Below are positions 63,974 to 64,000 of a DNA stretch of 64,000 bases, in pieces (position 1 is the stretch's first letter; each line of letters starts with the position of its first letter). The DNA is from Dehalococcoidia bacterium (lineage in GTDB: Bacteria; Chloroflexota; Dehalococcoidia; Lucifugimonadales; UBA3495). Where the stretch lies: the NCBI GenBank assembly GCA_965249065.1, contig CBDFLG010000001.1, positions 1,094,646 to 1,158,645 on the forward strand, written 5' to 3'. The position numbers and the translations under genes were made by a program. The notes beneath the pieces were generated by a model. That model did not search any database. It saw only the letters and a program-made list of their open reading frames with translations, and had not been told where the DNA came from.

Positions 63974-64000
63974 GATGCCTCTCCCTTTATGTATGGCTGC

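Overview
The window is high-GC bacterial chromosome, densely coded on both strands. I found one tRNA and no rRNA, CRISPR array, transposase or integrase. The backbone is aerobic heterotroph catabolism. It has four luciferase-like (LLM) flavin oxidoreductases, each next to hydrolases (amidase, alpha/beta hydrolases, M24/M42 peptidases, amidohydrolase, dienelactone hydrolase). It also has a flavin reductase, MmgE/PrpD, a CoxL-like molybdoenzyme, an acyl-CoA dehydrogenase, a split methylmalonyl-CoA mutase and a ComDE-like TPP decarboxylase. Housekeeping genes are serA, yceD-rpmF-fabD-nusB-acpP, a family-4 UDG, RNase J, ftsK, holA and sppA. The LLM paralog expansion plus several families of short GC-rich hairpin repeats suggests Chloroflexota, possibly SAR202-like; this is inference only. 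Short, visibly AT-richer islets of accessory genes are set into this backbone. They are: (1) a single-gene ABC-ATPase+Toprim-like (OLD/PARIS-like) protein at 12.5-14.0 kb; (2) a Dam-class methylase with a NotI-family endonuclease at 51.2-53.0 kb; (3) two HEPN-like modules with unrecognised small partners at 16.6-17.5 kb and 37.2-38.2 kb, the second with a tandemly duplicated partner; (4) an abutting two-gene module of unknown function at 62.6-63.5 kb; (5) a frameshifted NYN-domain gene plus an unknown gene beside tRNA-Gly at 25.5-27.0 kb. There are also three classical TA pairs (HigBA-like, Unstab_antitox/ParE, VapBC). A 368-aa protein built from nested 22-aa/88-aa repeats and a 480-bp repeat-packed intergenic region are unexplained. 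All family calls come from motif recognition by eye; no database search was run.
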